48,674 nt of DNA from positions 1 to 48,674 of the forward strand of contig JASKLF010000011.1 in the NCBI GenBank assembly GCA_030153785.1. The letters are read 5' to 3'. Position numbers and translations under genes: made by a program. This document shows positions 39,459 to 48,674 of this stretch, in pieces (the first letter of the stretch is position 1; every line of letters begins with the position of its first letter). The notes below the pieces were generated by a model. That model saw nothing but the letters and a program-made list of their open reading frames with translations, made no database searches and was not told where the DNA came from. Origin of the DNA: a bacterium (GTDB lineage Bacteria; Synergistota; GBS-1).

Positions 39459-41275
39459 TTGGTAGCTGAGGCAAAAGTTTTGCGGGTTAATCTAAGTGAG
39501 AAGAGCGTGAGGGTCGATGTCTATGGTGAGGACGTAGTTAAGCAGTATGTAGGGGGTAGGGGGCTTGCAGCCTATATAATGGCTAAAGAAGTGGATGCGA
39601 AGGTAGATCCTCTCTCTCCCGATAATAAGCTTATTTTCGCTCCTGGTCCTCTTTCCGGAACAAGCGCTCCTACTGGAGGCAGGTATAATGTGGTAACGAA
39701 GAGTCCCCTTACAGGCTTTATTGCTTTCACGAATTCTGGTGGATATTTTGGAGCGGAGCTTAGGCAAGCTGGTTGGGATTTGTTGGTGGTGGAGGGCAAG
39801 GCAGAAAAGCCTGTATATATTTATATCAATGGAGATAACGTTGAGATTAGAGATGCTTCTCATGTCTGGGGCAAATTAGTTAGTGAAACAGAAGATACTT
39901 TGCGAAAGGAAGTTGGAGTTGACAGGGCAAGAATTGCTTGTATAGGTCCTGCGGGTGAGAATTTATCTTTAATCGCAGCGGTTATGAACGATAAAGCAAG
40001 AGCTGCTGGAAGGTGCGGTGTTGGAGCTGTAATGGGTAGTAAAAACCTTAAGGCGGTAGTGGTTGTGGGAAGCAAGGGTGCTCCTACACCGGCGGATAGA
40101 GAAAAATTCATGCAGGTTGTTAGAGAAAAGGTAAACAAGCTACGTAACGACCCTGTTGCAGGTGGAGGGGCTCCTAAATACGGAACCGCTGTGCTGGTAA
40201 ATATCATAAATGAGAATGGGCTGTATCCCCATAGAAACTTCCAGACAAGCGTTTTTGCTCATGCTTATGACCAGAGCGGTGAAGCTATGGCGGCAAAATA
40301 TCTGGTCAGAAACAAACCTTGTTTTGCTTGCCCGATAGGATGTGCGAGGGTTAACAAGCTGTTCTATCTTAAGGAGGAAGTAGAGGGACCTGAATACGAA
40401 ACCGTTTGGGCTTTTGGTTCTGATTTGGGTATAAACGACTTACACACGATAATTTTAGCTAATCACCTGTGCAACGAATTAGGGTTTGATACCATATCGG
40501 CGGGAACCACTTGGCCTGTGCCATGGAGTTGTTTGAGAAAGGTTATATAAAGCCTGAAGAGTTGGGCGATGAGCCTCCATTGAGATTTGGAAATACGGAA
40601 GTCCCTATATACTACTTGCCTAAGATGGCTTTTCGTCAGGGCTTTGGCGCTAAAATGGCAGATGGGAGTTATAGGCTTGCTGAAAGCTATGGTCACCCGG
40701 AGCTTTCTATGAGTGCTAAGAAGTTGGAGCTCCCCGCTTATGACCCGAGAGTTGCCCAGGGTCTTGGACTTCAATATGCTACCTGTAACAGAGGTGGAGA
40801 TCATATTAAGGGATACATGATTAGCCCTGAGATATTGGGTTACCCGAGGAAGTTTGATCCTCAGGACGACTCGGAAGGTAAGATTGAGATGGTTAAAGAG
40901 TTTCAGGAGACCACTGCTCTCGTAGATGCGATGGGTTTGTGTATCTTTACCATGTTTGGCCTATGGATCGAGGATTACAAGGATCTTTTGAACGCCTTCT
41001 TTGGTTGGGACCTGTCCGTTGAAGATTGCCTTAGGATAGGAGAGAGGATTTGGAATTTAGAAAGAGCCTTTAATATTAAGGCTGGGCTTACGAAGGCTGA
41101 TGATACTTTACCAAAGAGACTTTTAGAAGAAGCTGTGCCAGAGGGTCCTCACAAGGGTAGCGTTTGTAGGTTAGAAAAAACTCTTCCCGTTTACTATAAA
41201 TTGCGTGGCTGGAACGAGGACGGCACTATACCTGAATCGAAGCTTTCGGAGCTGGGGTTGGAGTGGTATAAGTAA
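39459..41275 (+). pseudogene. aor: Tungsten-type aldehyde:ferredoxin oxidoreductase split by a single-base frameshift near 40510 (pseudogene or assembly error)
   Basis: ORFs 39459-40550 and 40511-41275 join into one AOR: TKSPLTG, GAVMGSKNLKA, CFACPIGC, EGPEYE, DTISAGT/LACAMEL, LPAYDPR, YYKLRGW. Confidence 0.9.
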
Positions 41276-41278
41276 GGT

Positions 41279-41530
41279 ATGGTGAAGGTAAAGCTCTTTG
41301 CCACGCTTGCTCAGATAGCTCGGAAGCGGATGGTGGAAGTGGAGGCTACCACCGCTTCCGAGCTTTTAGAAAAACTCTCGCAAATTTATGGAGAGGAGTT
41401 TAGAAAGGAATTGGAAGGAGGCATGATTTTTCTTGTCAATGGTATCAATATTGAACACCTTGATGGGTTAAATACACCTTTAAAAGATGGTGATACCGTT
41501 TCTATTTTCCCTCCCATAGGAGGTGGATAA
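41279..41530 (+). CDS. MoaD/ThiS-family ubiquitin-like sulfur carrier
   Basis: VKLFA..., LVNG, DGDTVSIFPPIGGG C-terminal GG. Confidence 0.92.
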   Translation: MVKVKLFATLAQIARKRMVEVEATTASELLEKLSQIYGEEFRKELEGGMIFLVNGINIEHLDGLNTPLKDGDTVSIFPPIGGG

Positions 41531-42665
41531 TTGGTCATTGGGGTACAGTGTTAATCTTTGGAACGCGCGGGTCGATATAGAGCCTAAACCTGATTTAAAA
41601 AACGTGTTTGTGGAAGTCACGAATAGCTGTAACCTTAATTGTCAAATGTGTTTTCGTAATTTCATGATAGATTCCATGGGAGAAATGGATTTAAGGCTTT
41701 TTGAAAAATTATTATCTGATTTAAGGTTGTTTCCGGAGGTAGAGCTTGTGTATTTGGCTGGTATAGGTGAACCCGCTTGTCATCCTAATTTTTTTGAAAT
41801 GTTGAAGATGATAAAAGAGAGAGGATATAGTGCTGGCTTTTCCACTAATGGATTAAGCTTGGATGATGAAAAGCTTAGGGAAGTGGTAGGCTTAGGGGTG
41901 GACATAGTTTATTTTTCCGTGGACTATCTACCTAATCAGGAGGCCTCTTTAGGGCATATTATGAGTGGAGAGGGAATTGAAACGGTTAAGAAGCTTATAA
42001 AGCTAAAAGATAATATGGGTAAATATGTTCCTTCCGTGGGTGTTGAAATAGTTGTTTCTAAGGAAAACATTGATACATTACCTCAGCAAATTAGGTTGCT
42101 TGTCAGTTTGGGAGTTAATTCCATTACCATATCGAATATGATGCCGTTGGATGATAGTCAAGTTGACAAGGTGCTATATAATGGTGCTCTTAAGGAGAAA
42201 ACCCAGCAGATTCTTAATAGGCTATATTCCCTTTCGGGAAGAGGAGTTTATATTAGAATCCCGAACTTTGAAGTGAAGACGGAGAGAAAATGCGACTTCG
42301 ATGAAACTTGTTCTACGGTAATAAGGTGGGATGGGGAAGTTGTCCCTTGCTATAGGTTTCTTCATACTTACGATGAAATTATATTGGGAAGGAGAAAGAG
42401 AGTCAACGCCTTTTCTTTTGGGAACATAAGAGAAAAAACTCTTTATGATATTTGGATGGATAGGGAGTATACGGTTTTCAGATTTATCATGAAAAACTAT
42501 GTTTATCCATCCTGTACCGATTGCCACCTGAAAGAGAGCTGTGACTTTGTTCTCACAGCGGATCAGGATTGCTGGGCTAATTCTCCAAGTTGCGCTGATT
42601 GTCTATGGGCTAGAAATCTTATTTTATGTCCTGTCCCTCGTAAGGTTAAAAACTCCTATGTTTGA
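41523..42665 (+). CDS. Tungsten-cofactor oxidoreductase radical SAM/SPASM maturase
   Basis: CNLNCQMC, GIGEP, SPASM-like C..WDGEVVPC and PSCTDC...SPSCADCLW; aor-moaD context. Confidence 0.85.
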   Translation: MDNWSLGYSVNLWNARVDIEPKPDLKNVFVEVTNSCNLNCQMCFRNFMIDSMGEMDLRLFEKLLSDLRLFPEVELVYLAGIGEPACHPNFFEMLKMIKERGYSAGFSTNGLSLDDEKLREVVGLGVDIVYFSVDYLPNQEASLGHIMSGEGIETVKKLIKLKDNMGKYVPSVGVEIVVSKENIDTLPQQIRLLVSLGVNSITISNMMPLDDSQVDKVLYNGALKEKTQQILNRLYSLSGRGVYIRIPNFEVKTERKCDFDETCSTVIRWDGEVVPCYRFLHTYDEIILGRRKRVNAFSFGNIREKTLYDIWMDREYTVFRFIMKNYVYPSCTDCHLKESCDFVLTADQDCWANSPSCADCLWARNLILCPVPRKVKNSYV

Positions 42666-42710
42666 TAGTTTTTAAGTTTGTGATATACTTAAAATGAAAA
42701 TTGTGATAAA

Positions 42711-42807
42711 GGTGGCGGGGAGCTCCTGATGTGTAGGGGCTGAGAGGGTAGGTGTAACCTACCGACCCGTGGAACCTGCTCTGGGTAATGCCAGCGAAGG
42801 GACCACC
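42711..42807 (+). ncRNA. TPP riboswitch
   Basis: GGGG...GCTGAGA...GACCC..GAACCTG.TCTGGGTAATGCCAGCGAAGGGA core with P1 GGTGG/CCACC, upstream of thi genes. Confidence 0.93.
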
Positions 42808-42822
42808 GGTCTTTTTGAGTAG

Positions 42823-42863
42823 AAAGGTCCTCTGGGCATATGCCCAGAGGACCTTTTATTTTT
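42823..42863 (+). terminator. Riboswitch expression-platform terminator
   Basis: Perfect 34-bp palindrome AAAGGTCCTCTGGGCAT|ATGCCCAGAGGACCTTT followed by TATTTTT. Confidence 0.88.
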
Positions 42864-42879
42864 GTAATTCAGGGGGTGT

Positions 42880-43386
42880 TTGCAGATGATTAGAAAGCCG
42901 GTTGTTTTAGCTGGTGTTTTTGTAGCAGTTTGTGTTGCGCTATCTGGTTTATACGTTCCTATTGGTCCTACAAAGGTTTATCCCTTTCAGCACATGGTTA
43001 ACGCTATTGCTGGTGTTCTGTTAGGTCCTGGATGGGCTGCTATTATTGCTACAATCGCTGCTATTATAAGAAACCTGCTTGGGGTTGGAACCATATTTGC
43101 TTTTCCCGGTGGAATTCCAGGAGGAATCGTGGTGGGCTTGCTTTATCGTTACATAAGAAAAGATTGGGTAGCCCTTTTTGAGCCCTTGGGAACTGGGCCA
43201 ATAGGTGCAACAATTAGTGCATGGATTGTGGTTCCTTACATTCAAAGTAGTATAGGTTGGACGGCTCTTCAGACAGCCTTTTTGGCAAGTAGTATCCCGG
43301 GAAGTATCCTTGGTTTTATAGTTCTAAAGATAATAAGAAAGGGGGGTGTTTTAAAAGATGGAGGAGATAAGACCGGTTCCAGATAA
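42880..43386 (+). CDS. thiW: ECF thiazole transporter S component ThiW
   Basis: PFQHMVNAIAGVLLGP, IIRNLLGVGTIFAFPG, EPLGTGPIGA, FLASSIPG; follows the TPP riboswitch. Confidence 0.9.
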   Translation: MQMIRKPVVLAGVFVAVCVALSGLYVPIGPTKVYPFQHMVNAIAGVLLGPGWAAIIATIAAIIRNLLGVGTIFAFPGGIPGGIVVGLLYRYIRKDWVALFEPLGTGPIGATISAWIVVPYIQSSIGWTALQTAFLASSIPGSILGFIVLKIIRKGGVLKDGGDKTGSR

Positions 43387-44578
43387 GGATCGGGTTTTAA
43401 CCGGTTTCGACTTGTTCCTTCTGTGGTTAGGTGCAGCTATTTCCTTGGCTGAGGTGTGGGCTGGTGGTATGCTTGCCCCTTTGGGCTTTGGTTTAGGAAT
43501 GTTGGCAATACTTTTAGGGCATATAATAGGAAATACTCCCTTCGCTCTCGGAGGGGTGATAGGGACTAAGTATGGTGTACCTACAATGGTCACTTTAAGG
43601 CCCTCTTTTGGTATAAGGGGCTCTTATCTTGGGAGCGTACTAAATGTTATTCAGCTTATAGGTTGGACTGCTGTCATGCTTGTTGTTGCCGGTGATGCGG
43701 CTTACGCTGTGTATTCGGGAATCGATAAGAAGACATGGATAGTTCTGATAGGAATAATAACGACCTTGTGGGCTATAGGTGGCTCTAAGTATTGGAAGTG
43801 GGCGGGAAGGATAGGTGTTTTGGCGCTTGCAGGAGTTTGCATTATAGCGACCTACTCTATCTTAAGGGAAGGAATTCCCCAAAAAGCTCCATCAGGTATG
43901 GACTTTGGTCTCGCCCTCGATCTTGTCATAGCTATGCCTGTTTCGTGGCTTCCCTTGGTTAGCGACTATTCCCGCTATTCAAGGAGCATAGGTGGTGCCT
44001 TTTGGGGAACCTGGCTTGGTTATATGGTAGGTAGCTCATGGATGTATGCTTTAGGTTTGATGGCCTTCTTGAGCACTGGATCTACTGATGTAATTTCAGT
44101 CATGGTTAAATTGGGTTTCACTGGTTTGGCGTTGATTCTGATTTTGCTCTCCACAGTAACAACTACTTTTCTTGACCTTTATTCGGCAGCTATATCTTCT
44201 CTAAATATTAATCCTAAGTTAAATAGGACGTTAACCTTAATTGTTGCTGGTGTTATAGGTATTGCCATAGCTTTGGTGTTTCCTCCGGAGGCTTATGAAA
44301 ACTTTCTTCTTTTCATAGGTGGAATGTTTTGTCCCATATTCGGAATAGTATTGTTTGACTACTTCGTTTTTAGAAAGGGAAAGATAGAGGTAGATGAACT
44401 TTATAAGGAAAGGGGAGGAAAATACTGGTATAATGGTGGTATAAATTGGTGGGCTTTAGCCTCTTGGGCGGTTGGTTTCACTTTATACGAGCTTATAGCT
44501 ATTAAAGCTCCGTGGATCGGGGCATCAATTCCGAGTATGGTTATAGCAGGTTTAGTGTATTCCTTTAAGAGAGGGTGA
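43358..44578 (+). CDS. cytX: Hydroxymethylpyrimidine transporter CytX (NCS1 family)
   Basis: LWLGAAISLAE, IQLIGWTAVM, AMPVSWLPLVSDY, STVTTTFLDLYSA. Confidence 0.88.
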   Translation: MEEIRPVPDKDRVLTGFDLFLLWLGAAISLAEVWAGGMLAPLGFGLGMLAILLGHIIGNTPFALGGVIGTKYGVPTMVTLRPSFGIRGSYLGSVLNVIQLIGWTAVMLVVAGDAAYAVYSGIDKKTWIVLIGIITTLWAIGGSKYWKWAGRIGVLALAGVCIIATYSILREGIPQKAPSGMDFGLALDLVIAMPVSWLPLVSDYSRYSRSIGGAFWGTWLGYMVGSSWMYALGLMAFLSTGSTDVISVMVKLGFTGLALILILLSTVTTTFLDLYSAAISSLNINPKLNRTLTLIVAGVIGIAIALVFPPEAYENFLLFIGGMFCPIFGIVLFDYFVFRKGKIEVDELYKERGGKYWYNGGINWWALASWAVGFTLYELIAIKAPWIGASIPSMVIAGLVYSFKRG

Positions 44579-44584
44579 AGGCTT

Positions 44585-45382
44585 TTGAGTTATGAAGGAG
44601 TGGCTCTTACGGTGGCCGGTTCTGACTCAAGCGGGGGAGCTGGAATTCAGGCCGACTTAAAGACTTTCGCTGCCTTCAATGTATATGGAGCTTCCGTCAT
44701 TACCTCTATAACCGCTCAGAATACAATGGGTGTTTATGCCGTATTTGATATTCCTCCCGATATTGTGGGGAAGCAATTTGATGCCGTAGCTGAAGATTTA
44801 GATATAGGAGCGCTGAAAATAGGAATGCTTTCAAGCAGTGAGATAATGGAGGTTGTAGCTGAAAAGATTAAAAAGTATGGTATAGAGAAAGTTGTGCTTG
44901 ATCCCGTTATGGTTGCCAAAACGGGGGCACCTCTGATTAAAGATGATGCCATAGAAACTCTTAGGAGAATCATGGTTCCCTTAGCTTACGTTATAACTCC
45001 CAATATTCCGGAGGCTAAGATATTAACGGGTATGGAAATAAGGAACCCTATAGATATGAAGGAAGCGGCTAAAAGGATTTATGATATGGGCGCTAAAAAT
45101 GTTCTTTTGAAGGGAGGACACTTAGAAGGCTATTCCAAGATCATAGATATCCTTTTCGATGGTAAAAGTTCTTACGTTTTCCAGGCTGACAGAGTTGAGA
45201 CTAAAAACACCCATGGAACAGGCTGCACGCTCTCATCGGCAATAGCTGCGGGACTTGCCAAAGGTAAGGATATTTTCAAGGCGGTAGCTGACGCGGAAAG
45301 ATACATTAACTTAGCTATAAAAGAAGCTCCTAAAAATATAGGGCATGGTTATGGACCGCTTTATCATAACGTTAGGATATGA
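44585..45382 (+). CDS. thiD: Hydroxymethylpyrimidine/phosphomethylpyrimidine kinase
   Basis: AGSDSSGGAGIQADLKTF, DPVMVAK, TPNIPEA, HGTGCTLSSA. Confidence 0.97.
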   Translation: MSYEGVALTVAGSDSSGGAGIQADLKTFAAFNVYGASVITSITAQNTMGVYAVFDIPPDIVGKQFDAVAEDLDIGALKIGMLSSSEIMEVVAEKIKKYGIEKVVLDPVMVAKTGAPLIKDDAIETLRRIMVPLAYVITPNIPEAKILTGMEIRNPIDMKEAAKRIYDMGAKNVLLKGGHLEGYSKIIDILFDGKSSYVFQADRVETKNTHGTGCTLSSAIAAGLAKGKDIFKAVADAERYINLAIKEAPKNIGHGYGPLYHNVRI

Positions 45383-46161
45383 AAAAGGAGTTTGATGTAA
45401 AAGATATTCTGAAAAAAGTAAAAGAAGCTGCCCCGTTGGTAGTCCAAATTACGAACTTCGTTTCTGCTTCTTTTCAAGCCGCTTGCACTTTAGCTTTGGG
45501 AGCTTACGCTATGATGCCCGTGAGTGAAGAGGAAATAGAAGATGTGCTTTCTAAAGCAGACTCTCTCTTGATAAATATTGGAACTCCTGAGAGTGACCGG
45601 ATAAAGTGCATGTTAAAGGCTTTAACCTTTGCTAATAATAAAGGAATTCCTGTGGTTCTGGACCCCGTTGGTTGTGGTGCTTCAGATATGCGAAGAAAAT
45701 TGGTTTTGGAGCTTTTAAGTAATGGGAGTTTTAGCATAGTCAAGGGAAATCACGGTGAGATTTTATCCATATACGGGTTAAGTGGAATTGCCAAGGGGGT
45801 TGATTCTCCTTCCTTAGGGAGTTTTGAAAGCGATATAAGAAGTCTCGTTAAAGAGCTTGCTATTAAATACAATTCCCTTTTTGTTTCTACCGGGGAAGTT
45901 AATTTTTTCTCTGATGGAGAAGAGGTTTTTGAAATTGCTGGTGGGGTAGGGATAATGTCTAAGGTGACGGGCATGGGGTGCGCTTTGGGGTCGGTTATGG
46001 CAACTTTCCTAACTGTGGCCGACCCTTTAACTTCGGTTTTTTGTGCTCTTGAGCTTTTTTCTGAAATTTCAAAAAGGGCATATTCTAAATATAGGGGGGT
46101 CGGTAGTTTTAAGATAGGCTTCTTAGATGAGCTTTATATCTTAGGGGAGGGGTATGAATGA
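45379..46161 (+). CDS. thiM: Hydroxyethylthiazole kinase
   Basis: PLVVQITNFV, LINIGT, VLDPVG, KGNHGEI, VTGMGC. Confidence 0.94.
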   Translation: MKKEFDVKDILKKVKEAAPLVVQITNFVSASFQAACTLALGAYAMMPVSEEEIEDVLSKADSLLINIGTPESDRIKCMLKALTFANNKGIPVVLDPVGCGASDMRRKLVLELLSNGSFSIVKGNHGEILSIYGLSGIAKGVDSPSLGSFESDIRSLVKELAIKYNSLFVSTGEVNFFSDGEEVFEIAGGVGIMSKVTGMGCALGSVMATFLTVADPLTSVFCALELFSEISKRAYSKYRGVGSFKIGFLDELYILGEGYE

Positions 46162-46793
46162 AAGAGGAATTAGGTCTTTATGTGATAACGGATGAGGAAA
46201 TTGCAGGAAAATCCCACATTGAGATAGCTAAAGAGGTTCTTGAAGGTGGAGCAAGAGTTGTTCAGCTTAGGGACAAGAACAAAAGTGATAGAGAGATGTT
46301 TGAAATAGCGAAAGAGATGGCAAAGCTCTGTCATGCTTATGGGGCTTATCTCATAGTAGATGATAGAGTTGATGTTGCTTTAGCAAGTGGCGCCGACGGG
46401 GTCCATCTCGGTCCAGAGGATATCCCCGTTTTCGAGGTGAGGAAGATTGCCCCAGAAAGCTTTATTATAGGAGCAACGGTTCACAGCGTTGACGAAGCCT
46501 TGAAGGCTCAGGAGGAGGGAGCTGATTACTTGGGTGTAGGTAGCGTTTTCCCCACCGCAACGAAAAGAAGAGAAATCGTCTTAATAGGTATCGAGGGTTT
46601 GCGAGAGATAGTCGCTTCCGTTACCATTCCCGTGGTAGCCATAGGCGGGATAAGATTAGAGCATGTTGAGGAAGTTTTAAAAACAGGAGCATCGGGTATA
46701 GCTGTTTGTTCTTACCTTCTTTCCCAGCCTGACATAGTTGAAGCTACAAGAAGGATGAAAATGGAGATAGAGAAGATGATTGGTTTAAGGTGA
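46158..46793 (+). CDS. thiE: Thiamine-phosphate synthase
   Basis: LYVITD, VQLRDK, DDRVD, DGVHLGPED, FPTATK, VAIGGI. Confidence 0.96.
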   Translation: MKEELGLYVITDEEIAGKSHIEIAKEVLEGGARVVQLRDKNKSDREMFEIAKEMAKLCHAYGAYLIVDDRVDVALASGADGVHLGPEDIPVFEVRKIAPESFIIGATVHSVDEALKAQEEGADYLGVGSVFPTATKRREIVLIGIEGLREIVASVTIPVVAIGGIRLEHVEEVLKTGASGIAVCSYLLSQPDIVEATRRMKMEIEKMIGLR

Positions 46794-47956
46794 TGAAGGG
46801 GAAGGCCTTTAAGTTTGTTATTCTTTTAGGCATCGTTAGCCTTTTTTCTGATATGACCTATGAAGGAGCCAGAAGTATAATAGGGCCCTTTTTCGTTAGT
46901 CTTGGGGCAAGCGGGGCAGTTGTTGGTTTTGTGGCTGGCTTTGGGGAGTTGGTTGGACAGGGTTTAAGGGTATTTTTTGGATATTTAAGCGACCTCACTA
47001 AAAGATATTGGGCTTTTACCATAGGGGGGTATGTTGTTAACTTATTAGCTGTTCCCCTTCTGGCCTTTGTTGGCAGTTGGCAAATAGCTGCTATTTTGAT
47101 TATGGCGGAAAGATTAGGGAAAGCTATAAGGACTCCGGCAAGAGATGTGATGCTTTTCCATGCCTCCTCTCAGATTGGGAGGGGTAAAGCCTTTGGTATT
47201 CATGAAGCTATGGACCAAATTGGGGCATTGACAGGCCCTCTTTTGGTGAGCTTAGTTCTCTTTCTTTGGGGTAGCTTTAAGGTTGCTTTTCTTTGGCTTT
47301 TTCTTCCCGCATGTGGTGCTCTTTTTACGCTTCTTATAAGCAGGTTTCTGTACCCTTCTCCGGAAAAGATGGAGGAACAGCGCTCTATATCTATGGGTGA
47401 GAAGTTTTCTAAGACCTTTTGGATTTATCTGGTAGCCATAGCTTTTGTGGCGGCAGGATATGTTGATTATCCGCTTATTGGCTATCACGCTATCAAGAAG
47501 GGTTTAATTACCTCTGCTACAGTGCCCTTGTTTTATGCTCTGGCAATGGGAGTTGATGCTCTATCTGCTTTGATTTGTGGGTATCTTTTTGATAGGTGGG
47601 GATTACGCCTCCTGATAGTAATGGTGGCTCTTTCTTCTCTTTTTGCACCTTTGATTTTTCTTGGGGGGACTTTTTCGCTCCTATTGGGTATAGTTTTTTG
47701 GGGAGTTGGTATGGGACTTCAGGAGTCAGTGTTAAGGGCTGTTGTTGGTGGCTTAGTTTCTCCGGAGAGAAGGGGAACGGCTTACGGCGTTTTTAATTCT
47801 ATTTATGGGGTTTCTTGGTTTTTGGGGAGTCTTTCAATAGGATTTTTGTATGATATTTCTTTAGAATATGTGGTGTTCTTTTCTCTAACTTTTGAGCTAT
47901 CTTCTATTCTCGTTCTTGGCTTTTTAACTAAATTTAAGGGTTTTCAAATCAGATAA
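46790..47956 (+). CDS. MFS transporter
   Basis: About 12 TM; VSLFSDMTYEG, ERLGKAIRTPARD, GKAFGIHEAMDQIGA, RRGTAYG. Confidence 0.9.
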   Translation: MMKGKAFKFVILLGIVSLFSDMTYEGARSIIGPFFVSLGASGAVVGFVAGFGELVGQGLRVFFGYLSDLTKRYWAFTIGGYVVNLLAVPLLAFVGSWQIAAILIMAERLGKAIRTPARDVMLFHASSQIGRGKAFGIHEAMDQIGALTGPLLVSLVLFLWGSFKVAFLWLFLPACGALFTLLISRFLYPSPEKMEEQRSISMGEKFSKTFWIYLVAIAFVAAGYVDYPLIGYHAIKKGLITSATVPLFYALAMGVDALSALICGYLFDRWGLRLLIVMVALSSLFAPLIFLGGTFSLLLGIVFWGVGMGLQESVLRAVVGGLVSPERRGTAYGVFNSIYGVSWFLGSLSIGFLYDISLEYVVFFSLTFELSSILVLGFLTKFKGFQIR

Positions 47957-47979
47957 TATATGCTAAAATCCTTGAGGCG

Positions 47980-48441
47980 ATGATGGATGTAAAAACTCTC
48001 GGTAAGACGATAAAGTTAGACATAAGCGAAGGAATAGATGTAGAGCGGGGAGCTGTGCTTCTTGCCATATCTAAGAGTCGGGAGGAAGAGGCCCTTATAA
48101 AAGGGGTTTTATCAAGCTTGGGGCTTAGAGCTTGTGTGTTTGAGATAGGCGGCATAAATGATGAGCTTCGCCCCAAGCTGGGTATCCAAACGGTCACAAA
48201 TTGCCTGAAGCATGGAGTTATAAGGCAGGTTAAGTCGGATGTTCATGCCGTTATACATGCTGTTCTTGAGGCTGAGAGGGGTTTACTGATGGATGCCCCT
48301 TTAAGTAGCAGTTTACTTTTGAAAGTGGCCGTAGTTAGCGATGGTAGGTGGGTGGCCGTTTGCATGTTTGGTGAATCGGCTTTTCATGTTTTGACTAACC
48401 ACCGCAGGATAGGTTTAGGGGTAATGCATTTAGGAGATTAG
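47980..48441 (+). CDS. hutP: HutP-family RNA-binding antiterminator
   Basis: HAVIHAVLEA, LKVAVV, WVAVCMFGESA, HRRIGLGVMHL match the HutP His-ligand pattern. Confidence 0.85.
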   Translation: MMDVKTLGKTIKLDISEGIDVERGAVLLAISKSREEEALIKGVLSSLGLRACVFEIGGINDELRPKLGIQTVTNCLKHGVIRQVKSDVHAVIHAVLEAERGLLMDAPLSSSLLLKVAVVSDGRWVAVCMFGESAFHVLTNHRRIGLGVMHLGD

Positions 48442-48507
48442 CGGTTTTAGGGATATTGTGAGATTGTGAAAAAAACAATTAAATAGGGTTAAAAAAGGTG
48501 AAAGGGT

Positions 48508-48554
48508 GATAAGGCGAAAGGACCGAAAACTTAGGTTCTTTCGCCTTATTTTTT
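48508..48554 (+). terminator. Intrinsic terminator between hutP and downstream gene (candidate attenuator)
   Basis: GATAAGGCGAAAGGACC-gaaaactta-GGTTCTTTCGCCTTATT followed by TTTT. Confidence 0.85.
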
Positions 48555-48596
48555 GCATAGCTGATCGGACTTGGTGAAAGGGGGTAGGGGTTAGAC

Positions 48597-48674
48597 ATGT
48601 CTGAGAGGACCATAGAGGAGCTTATTAACGAGCTTGAGGGGAAGCGACAAGAGGTCTTATCTATGGGTGGTGCA
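48597..48674 (+). CDS. N-terminus of probable acyl-CoA carboxyltransferase (methylmalonyl-CoA decarboxylase alpha/PccB-like), partial
   Basis: ATG after a GGGGT SD; MSERTIEELINELEGKRQEVLSMGGA resembles the 'L..L....A..GG' start of carboxyltransferases; only 26 codons visible. Confidence 0.5.
   Translation, partial: MSERTIEELINELEGKRQEVLSMGGA

Noticed and set aside
40490..40560. Programmed ribosomal frameshift or phase variation in aor
   Set aside because: No X XXY YYZ slippery site, long homopolymer or obvious stimulatory structure at the junction.

Overview
A 48.7-kb, mostly plus-strand chromosomal segment from a flagellated, anaerobic, probably thermophilic bacterium. The purine-rich coding strand, E/K-rich proteins and tungsten-type AOR suggest thermophily; Synergistota-like is a tentative impression only. 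In order: MCP tail; SpoIID/LytB gene; tRNA-Lys/Glu/Thr; nitroreductase, ychF and a GT4; a sigma28 flagellar locus (788-aa flagellin with CsrA-type leader, flaG, fliD); a nonulosonic-acid (NeuB/SpsF/DegT) glycosylation cluster; flippase-like gene and ogt; CIRCE-controlled hrcA-grpE-dnaK-dnaJ-prmA-rsmE-mtaB; leuS-holA, rpsT; DegS/DegU-like pair plus a receiver protein; tsaD; CIRCE-groES-groEL; two FlgT/CsgG-like genes; CopZ-like Fe-S protein; an AGXT-like/HOGA-like pair; a frameshifted Pyrococcus-like AOR with MoaD and a radical-SAM maturase; a TPP-riboswitch thiamine salvage operon; an MFS gene; and hutP upstream of a terminator and a probable carboxyltransferase. The most striking candidate novelty is the flagellar locus. 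FliD carries a ~290-aa nested insertion (a LamG/ConA-like lectin fold inside a phage-tail-like beta domain), next to an oversized repeat-bearing flagellin and an atypical glycosylation operon containing a GH88-like protein with a natural Asp-to-Asn active-site change. No CRISPR array, transposase, integrase or rRNA was seen. All family calls come from motif recognition, not database searches.
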